DNA from: Paragordius varius
Lineage: Eukaryota; Animalia; Nematomorpha
Assembly: GCA_964247055.1 (NCBI GenBank)
Contig: OZ176055.1
Span: forward strand, 558,001 to 622,000
Reading direction: 5' to 3'
DNA: 64,000 nt
Part shown: in pieces, positions 13,296 through 25,238 of the stretch
Layout: every line of letters starts with the position of its first letter
How positions within the stretch are numbered: the first letter of the stretch is position 1
Notes under the pieces: model-generated
Told to the model about the DNA's origin: nothing
Seen by the model: only the letters and a program-made list of their open reading frames with translations
Database searches by the model: none
Position numbers and translations under genes: made by a program

Positions 13296-15642
13296 TTAAT
13301 TTTGATTTGAGCAAGCAGGCTGGTCATTGAGAGGGTCGACTAAGGGGGTAGTGCTTGGCGGTTGGATGTTCCGACCACTGATGAATAGGTGGTAGATATC
13401 ACAGGAGGATTTGAGCACTTCTGCGATGAGGTCCTGCTTGATACGGTTGGGGTATTTTATACCGAGTGCATCGAAGAGTTTGTCATTTCGGGGGTACCAG
13501 GAGCCTAGAGCTCCTATCACCACTGGGATAATTTCAACGTTGGAATATTTTTCAGAGAGGGAGCAAATTACCATTTTGATCCCTTTATTTTTTAGGGGGA
13601 TCGTATTTTGTTAGCTTGGTGTTAAAAGCATCGTCTAAAGATGATATTCTGTTTTCATAAGGGATTGTGGGGTCAATAATGTAACAATTGGTATTATCAA
13701 TTATCACTAGGTCGGGACGAAGGTTTGATTCATCAACCTTTTGATTTTCGGAGATAATCGAGAATTTTTTGGGTAGTATTGATTTAATGTAGTCAACCAC
13801 TCTGTTGTGACGCTCAGTTACAATACCTGTGTCTAACAGGCAGTGGTTGATTACATGAGACCCGGATTCGATCCGGTTCTTGCACCTTCTGCAAGATGTG
13901 TCGTCAAACCTTTCCGGTTTGCTATTAAGAGGAAGGTTGAGTCTGGCCCTATAGATAGATCTCCAATCCTTAAACCTCAGGTTTTTGCCTGAGAATAAGG
14001 AGTGTGAAGATTTATCCAAGGCGACACATTCCATTATCCTACCTTGGTTTGCAATTTGGTGGAAATTCAGGTCCTTCTCACCTCTTATTGCATTCCGGAA
14101 AAGATTGACGAGGGAATTTTTTAGATCAGGAACTATCAGTTTATGATGCAACTGAATGGCAAAGGAAGAGTCACCCAGGAGGACCCAGGTCGCACCCAGT
14201 GAAATTGAGGACTTGCGAGCAAGAGACCATACATTAGCGTAATTGGTATAGCCATTCGCCTCCTATTCCTTGCCGGAGAGATATTTGCATAATTGGTCAT
14301 GAGATGGTGATGTGGTGAGTCTGCACCTTTTTTTAACTGTAGAATTGAGTTCGTCCTGGGCTTTTTTGACCATGGGGTCATTAGTCTGAAGCAGTTTAAA
14401 AGCTGCATCGATAATGAAGATGTTGAAATCACTTTTTAGCTGCTGAATACCTAGGGCTCCCTTACTCCTCGATGCAAAGATATAGTTGTTAGTAGCATTT
14501 GGGAGCCCTAGTATTGGTTTCAGTATGCGCATCATTTCCGTGTCTAATTTATCACTTGTGGCGTAATTGAACTGATTCAAACGAAGGTAATAAGTTAAAG
14601 TTGGATAGTAAAAGCTTTTGATTGCGTCTAATTTTTGCCATGGGGCAAGAATTGATTTGGCAATTTTGTCAGCTAGTTCAATGTCTGGGAGAGGAATAGT
14701 AGGGAACAACCCTATTGGATTTCCCAGGTATTTTATGGTTTGATGGACCCCACGATTGGGGATCCTTGTATCATTTATCAAAAAAGAGGAATTGCTGTTG
14801 ACGTTGATGTTTGAGCATTTTTCAGGATTGACATTATGATGCATCAGATTCAGTTCGTTAACAATAAAGTTGATGTTGCTTTGATGTTCACTTTCATTGC
14901 GGGATATGCATATGATGTCATCAGCATATGCATACAGATCAATCCCCCTATTGGAGGCCCGCTTCATGATCTCATTCAAACCGATTATAAACAAGAGCCC
15001 TGAGATGGGGCTACCTTGTTTGATGCCCCTGTTTAGATTAATCGGAGAAAGGACCTCATTACCGGCACGTTGGATGTTTTGGCCAGTGAGAAGGAGGTTA
15101 CAATGAGGGATATTATGCCATTCGAAACACCAACCCTTTTAAGGTTGTTTAATATGATTGAGTGCGGCATTTTATCAAACGCATATGTTAATGCATGTGA
15201 CATGAGCTTGTTTTTTCTTCTTTTTAGAGAGATCAAGTTTAGATTTTATCATGTAATTCAGCTCAAAGCACCCGTCATAAGGGAGGAAGCCCTTTTGATG
15301 GGGAGCTAGTAAATGGTTTGTTATGAGATGTTGAGTGATTTTGTTCGAAACTAGTGCAGCGAAAAGCCTTTATAGGCAACTGGTTAGATCGATGGGTCGC
15401 CAGTTTTTTAAATTGTCTTTAGCACCATGCTTATGGATTAAAATGGTGGTGGAGTGGTTCCAAGAAGAGGGAATCTTTCTGTGCTGTAAACAGAGATTAA
15501 ATAGTTTGGTTAGAATGATTGCTTTTGGATCTTTGTTTTTTAAGTCTCTGTAACTGATACCATCAGGCCCGGCTGAGGTGTTTTCCATTTTCTTTAGTTT
15601 ATCGGAAACTTCCGTGCAGTTGAATGAGATCTCCGGCATCAT
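13296..15642 (-). pseudogene. RT-CCHC-RLE part of the element ORF, fragmented by frameshifts
   Basis: ORF-track fragments 15370-15642, 14263-14994, 13585-14151 and 13296-13574 are colinear with the 411-aa RT ORF at 51004. Confidence 0.9.
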
Positions 15643-16209
15643 TGGTGGGGAAACAGGATCATCATTAATGAGAGGTGCTGAGAGGTTATTGTTGTAAAGG
15701 GTTTGAAAGTGTTCTTCTATCTCGGTAATCGGGGCCGTGCAGCAGGCGGGTGGACCTTGGATAATTAGCCGGATGGCTCTTCTTCTGTTTAAACGATATA
15801 TTATTTGAATGTATTTAGGGTAGAGGTTAATTTGCTGGGGAGGGTTTGAGATTTTAGATTGGTTGGCTGTTTGTTGTATTGGATGAAAGAAGTCATTAAG
15901 TTCTAATACGAATGCATCTACTTCTTCCCAGTTATCAGCTTAGATTACAGTAAGTTTTTGAAGGAGGGAGGATAAATTTAATTGCTCAGGTGGTGAGTGA
16001 TTTGGATTAGCTAAGGGTGAGCTTGGTCGTCAGTTGGTAATATCTATAGGGTTTAGATTGGGCTTTTTGGTAGGATTGATGGTGGATTGGTTTACAACCT
16101 TTTTCCTCTTACACAAGGGTTTGGAGGTTGGTGCAGAATTATCAACCTCAATGTTCCAGTTTTAGGAGGTAGTGGCAGACTCAGACTCGATCGAAGTCAG
16201 GATGTTGAA

Positions 16210-17202
16210 TCAATTGCTTAGATCAATGTGTGGTGTACAAGGATTATAGAAATCAGACTCGAAAAGGTCATGATCTGAATCCTCGTTATTATTATTGTTA
16301 TTAGTGATGCGGTGCATAAGATTAGAATGGAATTTCAGATTAAGTAATGATTTAGTTTTGATAATTGGATTACGTGGTGGATCATGAAATCTTTCGTGCT
16401 TACGTAGGCTTGAGACTCTTTGGAAGGATAGGGAGCATTTAGAGCATTTTTTAAAAAAACTTTTTAACGGTATAGGGTTGTCCCAGTGGGGGCAGGATGG
16501 CAGTTGTGAGCTAGGGGTTGTCCCAATGTCCACATTGCAAGGATAGCATCTGTGAGCGACTGTAGGGGTACAATTTTGCTTATCCTTCAGGTGTCTGAGC
16601 AGGGACAGCTTCTGTGATGTCCAGATTGAGCAGCGGCTAGACATCAAGCAATCATCGTAAGGGCAAACAAAGTGGTTTGCCAACGGAAAAAAGAGGGTGA
16701 GAACATTATTTACTAAAGTAGGCTGTTTGCCAAAAGCCGGGTTCACAGTTGTGGTGTATTTTTGTTGTTGCCGAGTGTGAGAGATGGCAGCGTGTGTTGG
16801 AGCGGGATTAGACTTCTCATTAATGTTTGGTATGTTCAGACACTCATTAGTGAGATCTTGGCAGGGTGGATTATCAAAAAAGACTGCAGCAGCTTCAAAA
16901 CCAGGTCTACTTATTGTTGATGAAGTGGTACAGATTGGAGATGATGTAGATGAGGCGATTGTGTTGATAACTGGACTAGAATATATCGAAGTTAAGTTGA
17001 GTGTTAAAAGATATGATGATAAGGAAGATGTAATCTGACTGTGAGACGGTAGAGTGTTATGGATAACATGTGTGATGGAGAAAGAGCTAGAGGCAGCAGT
17101 TGAACTTGACGCGTGGCATGGTAAACTGGGAAAGTGTTCCTCATCAATTATTAATCTAGGAGTATCTTCATAAAATGGTTCAATTTCATATGTGTTCTGC
17201 AT
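16210..17202 (-). CDS. N-terminal region of the retrotransposon protein (330 aa open), with three zinc fingers
   Basis: CPYDDC...LLRHLKDK(Q here, H in copy 2); CYPC...(Q)LPSC, a CCHC-like finger with the expected His replaced; CSKC...LRKHERFH, a classic C2H2. The same frame continues to the RT through four stop codons. Confidence 0.8.
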   Translation of the reverse strand: MQNTYEIEPFYEDTPRLIIDEEHFPSLPCHASSSTAASSSFSITHVIHNTLPSHSQITSSLSSYLLTLNLTSIYSSPVINTIASSTSSPICTTSSTISRPGFEAAAVFFDNPPCQDLTNECLNIPNINEKSNPAPTHAAISHTRQQQKYTTTVNPAFGKQPTLVNNVLTLFFPLANHFVCPYDDCLMSSRCSIWTSQKLSLLRHLKDKQNCTPTVAHRCYPCNVDIGTTPSSQLPSCPHWDNPIPLKSFFKKCSKCSLSFQRVSSLRKHERFHDPPRNPIIKTKSLLNLKFHSNLMHRITNNNNNNEDSDHDLFESDFYNPCTPHIDLSN

Positions 17203-17402
17203 GGAAAGATAAGAGAATAAATGTTAATGGATAGAATCAATAAAGATAAGATATTTATAGATAAGAATGAGTATAAGAAAAGTGAATGCAGAATCTAATA
17301 ATAAGCGAAAAAAAACAGGATATGGTAAGGTTAAATTAATAAAGATTAATAAATGCAGTGAAAAAAGTCAGATAAAATTTGGACAGAGTTTCGCCGTGCA
17401 AC

Positions 17403-17424
17403 AAATCCTGCGCCAAGTAAGTAC
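17403..17424 (-). pseudogene. U1: U1b snRNA 5' end (nt 1-22) at the element 5' junction
   Basis: Reverse complement GTACTTACTTGGCGCAGGATTT matches intact U1b at 48254 except nt 1. The upstream spacer is homologous to the one upstream of 48254. Confidence 0.92.
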
Positions 17425-18943
17425 CTTACACAGTTTTGCCTCTGTTCATATAAATTATTACAAAAGTACATTACGATAGACTTAAAAAAATATTCGTATT
17501 AAATAAAATATCAATATAAAAGTTGATACTATGAATGTGATATGGGAAAAGAGGGCGCATAAATTACGTGATAAGCTTATTACGATCTCAAATTTTTATA
17601 TATGTAGCATTAAAGTCTTAAATTCTGAAATAAAAAGTCATGATACCACCGTTATTAGTAAAATTATATATTAGCATATGGAGTAAACGATTGTTAGTGC
17701 AAAATAAAATAAAAAAACTTTTTTGGAGAAACAGGGGGATAATTTGAGTTTATACAAAATTAGGGGACAATCTTGGTATAAGGAAAAAGTCCGCATTTGG
17801 TTTTTTATATTACGATAGAAAAAGTGTAAAAATATGAGTGAAAAATAATTTCCTAGTTACTGTAAAAAAATGTTAAATTTTCAATTCATGGTAGAATTAG
17901 GTAAATTACACAAACGTATGTATGGTAGATAATTTCGTATGTTACCATAAAATTTTTACATTTTTCTAACGCAATTTTAAGAAAATAATGCGCACTTTTA
18001 ACATATACCAAGATTGTCCCCGAATTTCGTATACACAATTCATAATATCCCCCTGTTTTTGAAAAGTGTTTTTTATATAATTTTGCACTAACAATCTTTT
18101 ACTCCATACGCTACTGTATCTCTTATGAAAAATCACAAACTTAACACCTGTTTTTATAGTTTTTTATTTAATGATAAAAAAATTATTTTTGTTACATAAA
18201 TTAATTTTACACACAAAATGATACTTGCTAATATTTATAAAAGAAAGTATTTTCTCACCAATTGTAAAATCTCTATTTAATTGTATAAAAAATAAAATGG
18301 ATGTTAACAAGTAATGTGCACCTTTCCTTAGATTATATTTAAACGCACGTGAAAAAAAGTATATATGTAAACGAATAAGGTAAAAAATACAGGGATAACT
18401 TTTAAGTATATTTTTACAATAACGTATGATAAAAAACAAAAAAATAATTCCTATCGCTTAACATAGATATTTATTCAATTATGATCATTTTTATGCCATA
18501 CACTACTGTACATGCGTGAATTTTTTTATAGCTTTTGCTGTAAAAAAATGAGTAATAATCTTTTCGAAAAGATAGGATTATATCTTAAAATTCGGAAATT
18601 TTTTTAATCTTGAAAGATTTTGTTGTATTAACCTTTATAATTAGAATAATTATGTAATAAAAATGTAATCTTAAAACAAATTAATATGTGTAACGAATGT
18701 CAAGTGGCCCCATTATAAATATAATAAATATAAACGCCCTTTATAAATATACTTAATGCATGGAGTATTGGAAATCATAAGTCTCCTCGGAATAGTACAA
18801 ATTGATTATAAAATTTCATTAGATGAAGGTCAATTTGTTTTGGAACATTCATATTCAGATAGAATCTAAGATGAAATATTAAATTTAATAGGCATCTTGA
18901 AGTTAAAAAATAAAATTATATTATTAGAGCGTTTCTTGTTTAA
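17425..18943. repeat. Intergenic spacer of the divergent U1b/U1a pair; inverted paralogue of 46843-48253
   Basis: Colinear reverse-complement similarity, e.g. 17461-17500 vs 48095-48140 and 18720-18880 vs 46900-47070. Confidence 0.85.
17667..18118. mobile_element. TA-flanked MITE (TA|CAGTAG-type TIR)
   Basis: TATATTAGCATATGGAGTAAACGATTGTTAGTGC vs the reverse complement of GCACTAACAATCTTTTACTCCATACGCTACTGTA. Inverted similarity extends over about 110 bp. Confidence 0.65.
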
Positions 18944-18953
18944 ATACTTACCT
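18944..18953 (+). pseudogene. U1: U1a snRNA 5' end (nt 1-10) at the junction of a 5'-truncated element
   Basis: ATACTTACCT lies at the position predicted by spacer homology with the intact U1a and is followed directly by element sequence. The match is short, so the call rests on its position. Confidence 0.75.
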
Positions 18954-21900
18954 CTTCATCTACATCATCTCCAATTTGTACCACTTCATCAACAATAAGT
19001 AACCTGGTTTTGATGCTGCTGCAGTCTTTTTTGATAATCCACGCTGCCAAGATCTCACTAATGAGTGTCTGAACATACCAAACATTAATGAGAAGTCTAA
19101 TCCCGCTCCAACACACGCTGCCATCTCTCACACTCGGCAACAACAAAAATACACCAAAACTGTGAACCCGGCTTTTGGCAAACAGCCTACTTTAGTAAAT
19201 AATGTTCTCACCCGCTTTTTTCCACTGGCAAACCACTTTGTTTGCCCTTACGATGATTGCTTGATGTCTAGCCGCTGCTCAATCTGGACATCACAGAAGC
19301 TGTCCCTGCTCAGACACCTGAAGGATAAGCACAATTGTACCCCTACAGTCGCTCACAAATGCTGTCCTTGCAATGTGGACATTGGGACAACCCTATACCG
19401 TTAAAAAGTTTTTTTACAAATGCTCTAAATGCTCCCTATCCTTCCAAAGGGCCTCAAGCCAGCCTACGTAAGCACGAAAGATCTCATGATCCACCACGTA
19501 ATCCAATTACCAAAACTAAATCATTACTTGATCTGAAATTCCATTCTAATCTTATACACCGCATCAATAACAATAATAATAACGAGGATTCAGATCATGA
19601 CCTTTTCGAGTCTGATTTCTATAATCCTTGTACACCACACATTGATCTAAGCAATTGATTGAACATCCTGACTTCGATCGAGTCTGAGTCTGCCACTACC
19701 TCCTAAAACTGGAACATTGAGGTTGATAATTCTGCACCAACCTCCAAACCCTTGTGTAAGAGGAAAAAGGTTGTAAACCAATCCTCTTACCAAAAAGCCC
19801 AATCTAAACCCTAATGATATTACCAACTGACCACCAAGCTCACCCTTAGCTAATCCAAATCACTCACCACCTGAGCAATTAAATTTATCCTCCCTCCTTC
19901 AAAAACTTACTGTAATCTAAGCTGATAACTGGGAAGAAGTAGATGCATTCGTATTAGAACTTAATGACTTCTTTCATCCAATACAACAAACAGCCAACCA
20001 ATCTAAAATCTCAAACCCTCCCCAGCAAATTAACCTATCCCCTAAATACATTCAAAAAATATATCGTTTAAACAGAAGAAGAGCCATCCGGCTAATTACC
20101 CAAGGTCCACCCGCCTACTGCACGGCCCCGATTACCGAGATAGAAGAACACTTTCAAACCCTTTACAACAAAACCCTCTCAGCACCTCTCATTAATGATG
20201 ATCCTGTTTCCCCACCTATGATGCCGGAGATCTCATTCAATTGCACGGAAGTTTCCAATAAACTAAAATGGAAAACACCTCAGCCGGGCTTGATGGTATC
20301 AGTTACAGAGACTTAAAAAACAAAGATCCAAAAGCAATCATTCTAACCAAACTATTTAATCTCTGTTTACAGCACAGAAAGATTCCCTCTTCTTGGAACC
20401 ACTCCACCACCATTAGCCCTCACCAGTTGCCTTTATAGGCTATTCGCGGCCCTAGTCGCCAATAAAATAAGTAAGCACCTCATCTCAAATCAACTTCTAG
20501 CTCCCTGTCAAAAGAGCTTCCTCCCTTATGACGGGTGCTTTGAGCTGAATTATATGATAAAATCTAAACTTGATGTTTTTAAAGAAAAGAAACAACATGC
20601 TAATATCACTTGTATAGACATATCCAACGCCTTCGATAAAATCCCACACCCGATCATTCTACACAACCTGAAAAGGGTAGGTGTATCGGATGGCACGATC
20701 TCTCTCCTCGCAAATTCTTTATCAATGGCTACCACATCTATCCGCGCCGGCAATGAGTTTACCTCTCCGGTTAAACTTGGCAGGGGCATGAAACAAGGAT
20801 GCCCCCCCTCAGGTCTCCTATTCATAATCGGCCTAAACGAGATTATCAGGAGAGCCTCCGATAAAGGGTACGATTTATTTGCATATGCAGATGATATCAT
20901 CTGCATATCCGGCAATAATATAGATCATCAACTGAATATTAACTTCATTCAATGAACTTAAGATTCAACTTGATGTCAACCCAGGAAAATGTTATAATAT
21001 TAATGTCAACAACGATTATTCATTTTCGATAAATAATATAAAGATCCCTAATTGTGGGGCTCACCAAACCATAAAATATCTGGAAAATCCAATAGGGTTA
21101 TTCCCTACTATTCCCCTGCCAGATATTGAACTAGAGGACAAAATTGCCAAATCTAATCTTGCCCCATGGCAAAAATTATACGCAATCAAAAGCTTTTACT
21201 ATCCAACTTTAACTTATTACCTTCGTTTGAATCAGTTCAATTACGCCACAAGTGATATAGACACGGAAATGATGCGCATAATGAAACCAATACTAGGGCT
21301 CCCAAAAGATGCTACTAACAACTATATCTTTGCATCGAGGAGTAAGGGAGCCCTAGGTATTCAGCAGCTAAAAAGTGATTTCAACATCTTCAGGATCGAT
21401 GCAGCTTTTAAACTTATCCATTCAAATGACTCCACGATAAAAAATTATGCACAGGAAGATCTAAAGCTAACAGTTAAAAAAAAAGGTATAGACTGACCTC
21501 AGATCCATCTCATGACCTACTATGCAATTATCTATCAGACAAGGAAGAGGCGAGTGGCCATATCAATTACGCTAACGTATGGTCACTCGCTCGCAAGTCC
21601 TCAATTTCACTGGGTGCGTCCTGGGTCCCCCTAGGCGGCTCTTCCTTCGCTATTTAATTCCAACAAAATTTAATAGTCCCAGATTTAAAAAATTCCCTCG
21701 TCAATCTTTTCCGGAATGCAATAAGAGGTGAGAAGGACCTGAATTTCCACCATCTTGCAAACCAAGGTAGGATAATGGAATGTGTCGCCTTGGATAAATC
21801 TTCACATTCCTTCTTATTCTCAAGCAAAAACCTGAAGTTTAAGGATTGGAGATTTATCCATAGGGCCAGACTCAACCTTCTCCCTCTTAATAGCAAACCG

Positions 21901-22751
21901 GGAACGTTTGACGATACATCTTGCAGAAGATGCAAGAACCTGATCAAATCCAGATCTCATGTGATAAACCACTGCCTGTTAGACACAGGTATTGTCACTG
22001 AGCACCACAACAGAGTAATTGATTACATTAAATCCATCCTACCCAAAAAATTCACCGTTATATCGGAAAATCAAAGAGTTGGTGATTTTAATCTACGACC
22101 TGATCTAATTATAACCGACAATACTAACTGTTACATTATCGATCCCACAATCCCATATGAAAACAAAATCTCCTCATTAGAGGACGCGTTTAACAATAAA
22201 CTTACCAAATATGATCATTTAATCGGCAACCTCTCTAAAAGGTACCCTAATATTGAAATAATTCCAGTAGTTATAGGAGCCCTAGGCTCGTGGTACCCGT
22301 CCAACGATAAACTCTTTGACGCCCTTAAAATTAAATATTTCACCCGTTTTTATCAAGAACTCATCGCAGAAGTTCTCAAAGCCTCCTGCGACATCTATCT
22401 GTTCATCAGTGGCAGAAACGTTCAACCTCAACCTGAAATTCCCATAGTTGGCTCAGCTGTCATCCCGCCTCTGTGTTCATGCCAAAATTAGTTCCTGCAA
22501 TCTCCATTTTCATCCCCCCGTGTTATATTTTATTTCATTACATATTTATTTATTCAAACACTCAGCATTTTTATTTGAACAAAATTATGTGATATATTTC
22601 CTTTGCAATCTCCCATTCACGCTTTTTCTTCTTTTCCTTATTATGAATAGTTGTTTATATATGTATATATAAAATTGTACACTAATAGTATTATTTTCTA
22701 TTACAGCAAATGCATTTAAAATATTTATATTATTTATTTAATAAATTGTAA
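18954..22751 (+). mobile_element. U1a-inserted RLE retrotransposon, alpha-type 3'UTR, 5'-truncated by about 450 nt
   Basis: ZnF fragments at 19162-19658, RT fragments at 20554-21496 and a 238-aa CCHC-RLE ORF at 21775-22491. The 3'UTR ends TAATAAATTGTAA directly before U1a nt 22. Confidence 0.95.
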
Positions 22752-22892
22752 CCATCGCGATCTAGAAGGCGATACCCTTAGTTTGAGACTTGGCCATTGC
22801 ACCTCGGCCAAGTTGAAGGCTACGATTGCTCCAAATGGGGGCAAGCCGAGCGCATAATTTCTGGCTGCCGGGTTCTGCGTACGCGCAGAACC
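22752..22892 (+). pseudogene. U1: U1a snRNA nt 22-162 after the insertion
   Basis: CCATCGCGATCTAGAAGGCGAT...CCATTGCACCTCGG...GCATAATTTCTGG...GGTTCTGCGTACGCGCAGAACC; nearly identical to intact U1a. Confidence 0.95.
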
Positions 22893-24139
22893 TATTATAT
22901 GCAAGAATAATTTAGTTTTAGCACTTGGATACAACACACTCATTTTAGTCCTTCGATTCAAATTGGCGTGGTTGAATACGCCAGGCCTGTCTAAAGTTAA
23001 ATTCTTTAAAAAATATGGAAGGAATCGAAATCATTTTGCACTTATATAACATTAAAAAACCGCATTGTATAAAAAATTTCATGGAGACATTATCACCACA
23101 ACCACTTGCCCACTATTTTATTATTTTTTTAAATCGTGTTCCCAAAAGTTTTAAATTTGGCAAAATATTTTTTACAATATATTATGTTATCGCCCTATAC
23201 AACCCCAAAACGAAATGAAGTATATGCGACTAGGAATAATTTCAATAAAGCGATTTTAAATATAAATAAATATCTTAAATCCATTTCTAATATTATGCAA
23301 TAAATATGTATTATATTGCATATTAAGCAAGCATTATCAAAAAAGCCAAATATTTTAATTGTTTTTACTAAAAAAAAGCACCAACAACTTTACTGCTTTT
23401 TAATAAAGTATGGGCAAATTTTAGAAATGTATAAATTTAAATCCTTAAAATTTAGATGAAGAAACAATTTTTGAAGGAAGAGATGATTATATTTTGGCTA
23501 AAGTTTTGTTAAATACTCTTTTTTACAATTTTGAAGCGCTGGTACACACACTTCAATATACATGGGTTTATAAAGTAAAAAGCACAATAATAAAGTGTTT
23601 AATATTAGCTGATAATCTAAGCTTCCTTGTTAAGGTTATGGGATAACTTATGTAATCATAAATAAATAATTATTTAATGTATGGAGAAATATAATAAATT
23701 GAAATAAAAACAAGATGCGCAACATAGGTATAGAATAAAAAATACATTGCGCTAAACTAATAAAATTAATATTTCAGAAAAAATTACTTATGGTATATAA
23801 AAATCAATTTTCGTAAAAAATATAAGTTATATTGAAAATATTATAAAAAAAACAAGATTACAATGTTTTTTAAGAATAAATTTGTAAATATTTTAATTTA
23901 AAATATATTGATTACTGTATATTCCAATGTCAATAACGATTTTGGTGAAACAAGTGGTAACAAACATGCATAGTCAACTAAAAATTATTTGTGTTATCTT
24001 TAAAGGCCTATTATGTTATCTATAATTTTTTATGGGTAATTACTTATCCGCATAGCTTTAGGAAGATTTGTAAAAATTCGGAGTTGGAGGGAAATAAGTA
24101 TAGACATATGGTGAATTAGCACGGCTAAAATAAAATTAA

Positions 24140-25238
24140 CACTTGGATAAAACACATTCATTTTAGTCCTTCGATTCAAATTGGGCTAGTTGAATACCCC
24201 AGGTCTGTTAAAAATTAAATAAATTAAAAATTATTAGAATAGAAACCATGGCAAAATTTTGCACTTATTTAACATAAATAAACCAGAATATATAAAAAAA
24301 ATTTAAATACTTGATATTACTTATTTAACACTTGGACTCAACACATTCATTTTAATCCTTAGATTCAAATTGGGGTATTTAATACCCCAGCCTGTTTAAA
24401 ATAAAATTCTCTAAAAATATAAAAGATATCGAAACCATGGCAAAATTTTGCACTTACATAACATCAATAAACCGAAATATATATAAAATTTTATTCAAAA
24501 ATACTAGATATTACTTATTTTAAGCTAAAACCGAAAGGTAAAAATTTAGTCAACTTGACATGTGTGCTATGGTAAAATTGAAAAATAATACAAAATAAAC
24601 CGCTTTTTCTATTTCTATCAAAGTTAAATGTAATTTAAATAAAAAACTAGCTTTAATTTTACCTTAAAAATTAAATAAAGATGATATTTTAAAAATTTTA
24701 TAAAATAAAAATGGCGTCGAAGTAGTTTGACATAAATTTTTTCATAACAAAATTTTATTTAGATATTTTGGCATATTTATATATATTAGGGTAGAAGCAT
24801 AAATTTTAATTGGAACCGTTTCCTTCAGTAGTTTTTAAAAAATACAAACTCAAAATTAGTCTGGGATATTTAGATACCCCAATTTGAATCGAAGTGTTAA
24901 AGGTAAAAATTTTATCAACGTGACATATGTGCATTGGCTAAATTGGAAAAGAATACAAAATAAGCCACTTTTTTATTATCAATGTTAGATGTGATTTAAA
25001 TAAAAAATTAGCTTTAACTATACCTTGAAAAATACAATATAAAAATGGTGTCGCAGTAGTTTGACATGGAAATTTTTTTCAAAACAAAATTTTATTGAGA
25101 TATTTTAGCTTATTTATATACTTTATATTGGCATAGAAGCATAAATTTAAATAGGGACCGTTTTACTTCAGTAGTTTTTTTAAATTTTAAATTTAATTTG
25201 GTCGGGGGTATTTAGATACCCGAAATTAAATCGAAGTG
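24140..25238. mobile_element. TTAA-flanked MITE containing a second copy of the same family (24329-24896)
   Basis: TTAA|CACTTGG at 24136 and 24325; CGAAGTG|TTAA at 24896 and 25238; subterminal TTCGATTCAAATTGGGGTA motif. Truncated left ends also occur at 22922 and 26111. Confidence 0.65.

Larger units (their letters stand above)
13062..17402 (-). mobile_element. Full-length-sized (~4.3 kb) U1-specific RLE non-LTR retrotransposon, beta-type 3'UTR, coding-inactivated
   Basis: Flanked by U1b nt 1-22 (17424-17403) and the U1b 3' remainder (13061 downward). Layout: 200-nt 5'UTR, ZnF region, RT (GPDG, NWRPI, YADD, KYLG), CCHC (CRRC...HVINHC), RLE (RPDL..IIDPTIPYE..K..KY) and a 230-nt 3'UTR ending AATAAATTAAAA. 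Confidence 0.95.

Noticed and set aside
15900-16215. Alternative genetic code or programmed read-through to explain the in-frame stops
   Set aside because: Both TAA and TGA occur, another copy has CAA at one of these positions, and the peptide genes use TGA/TAA as ordinary stops.
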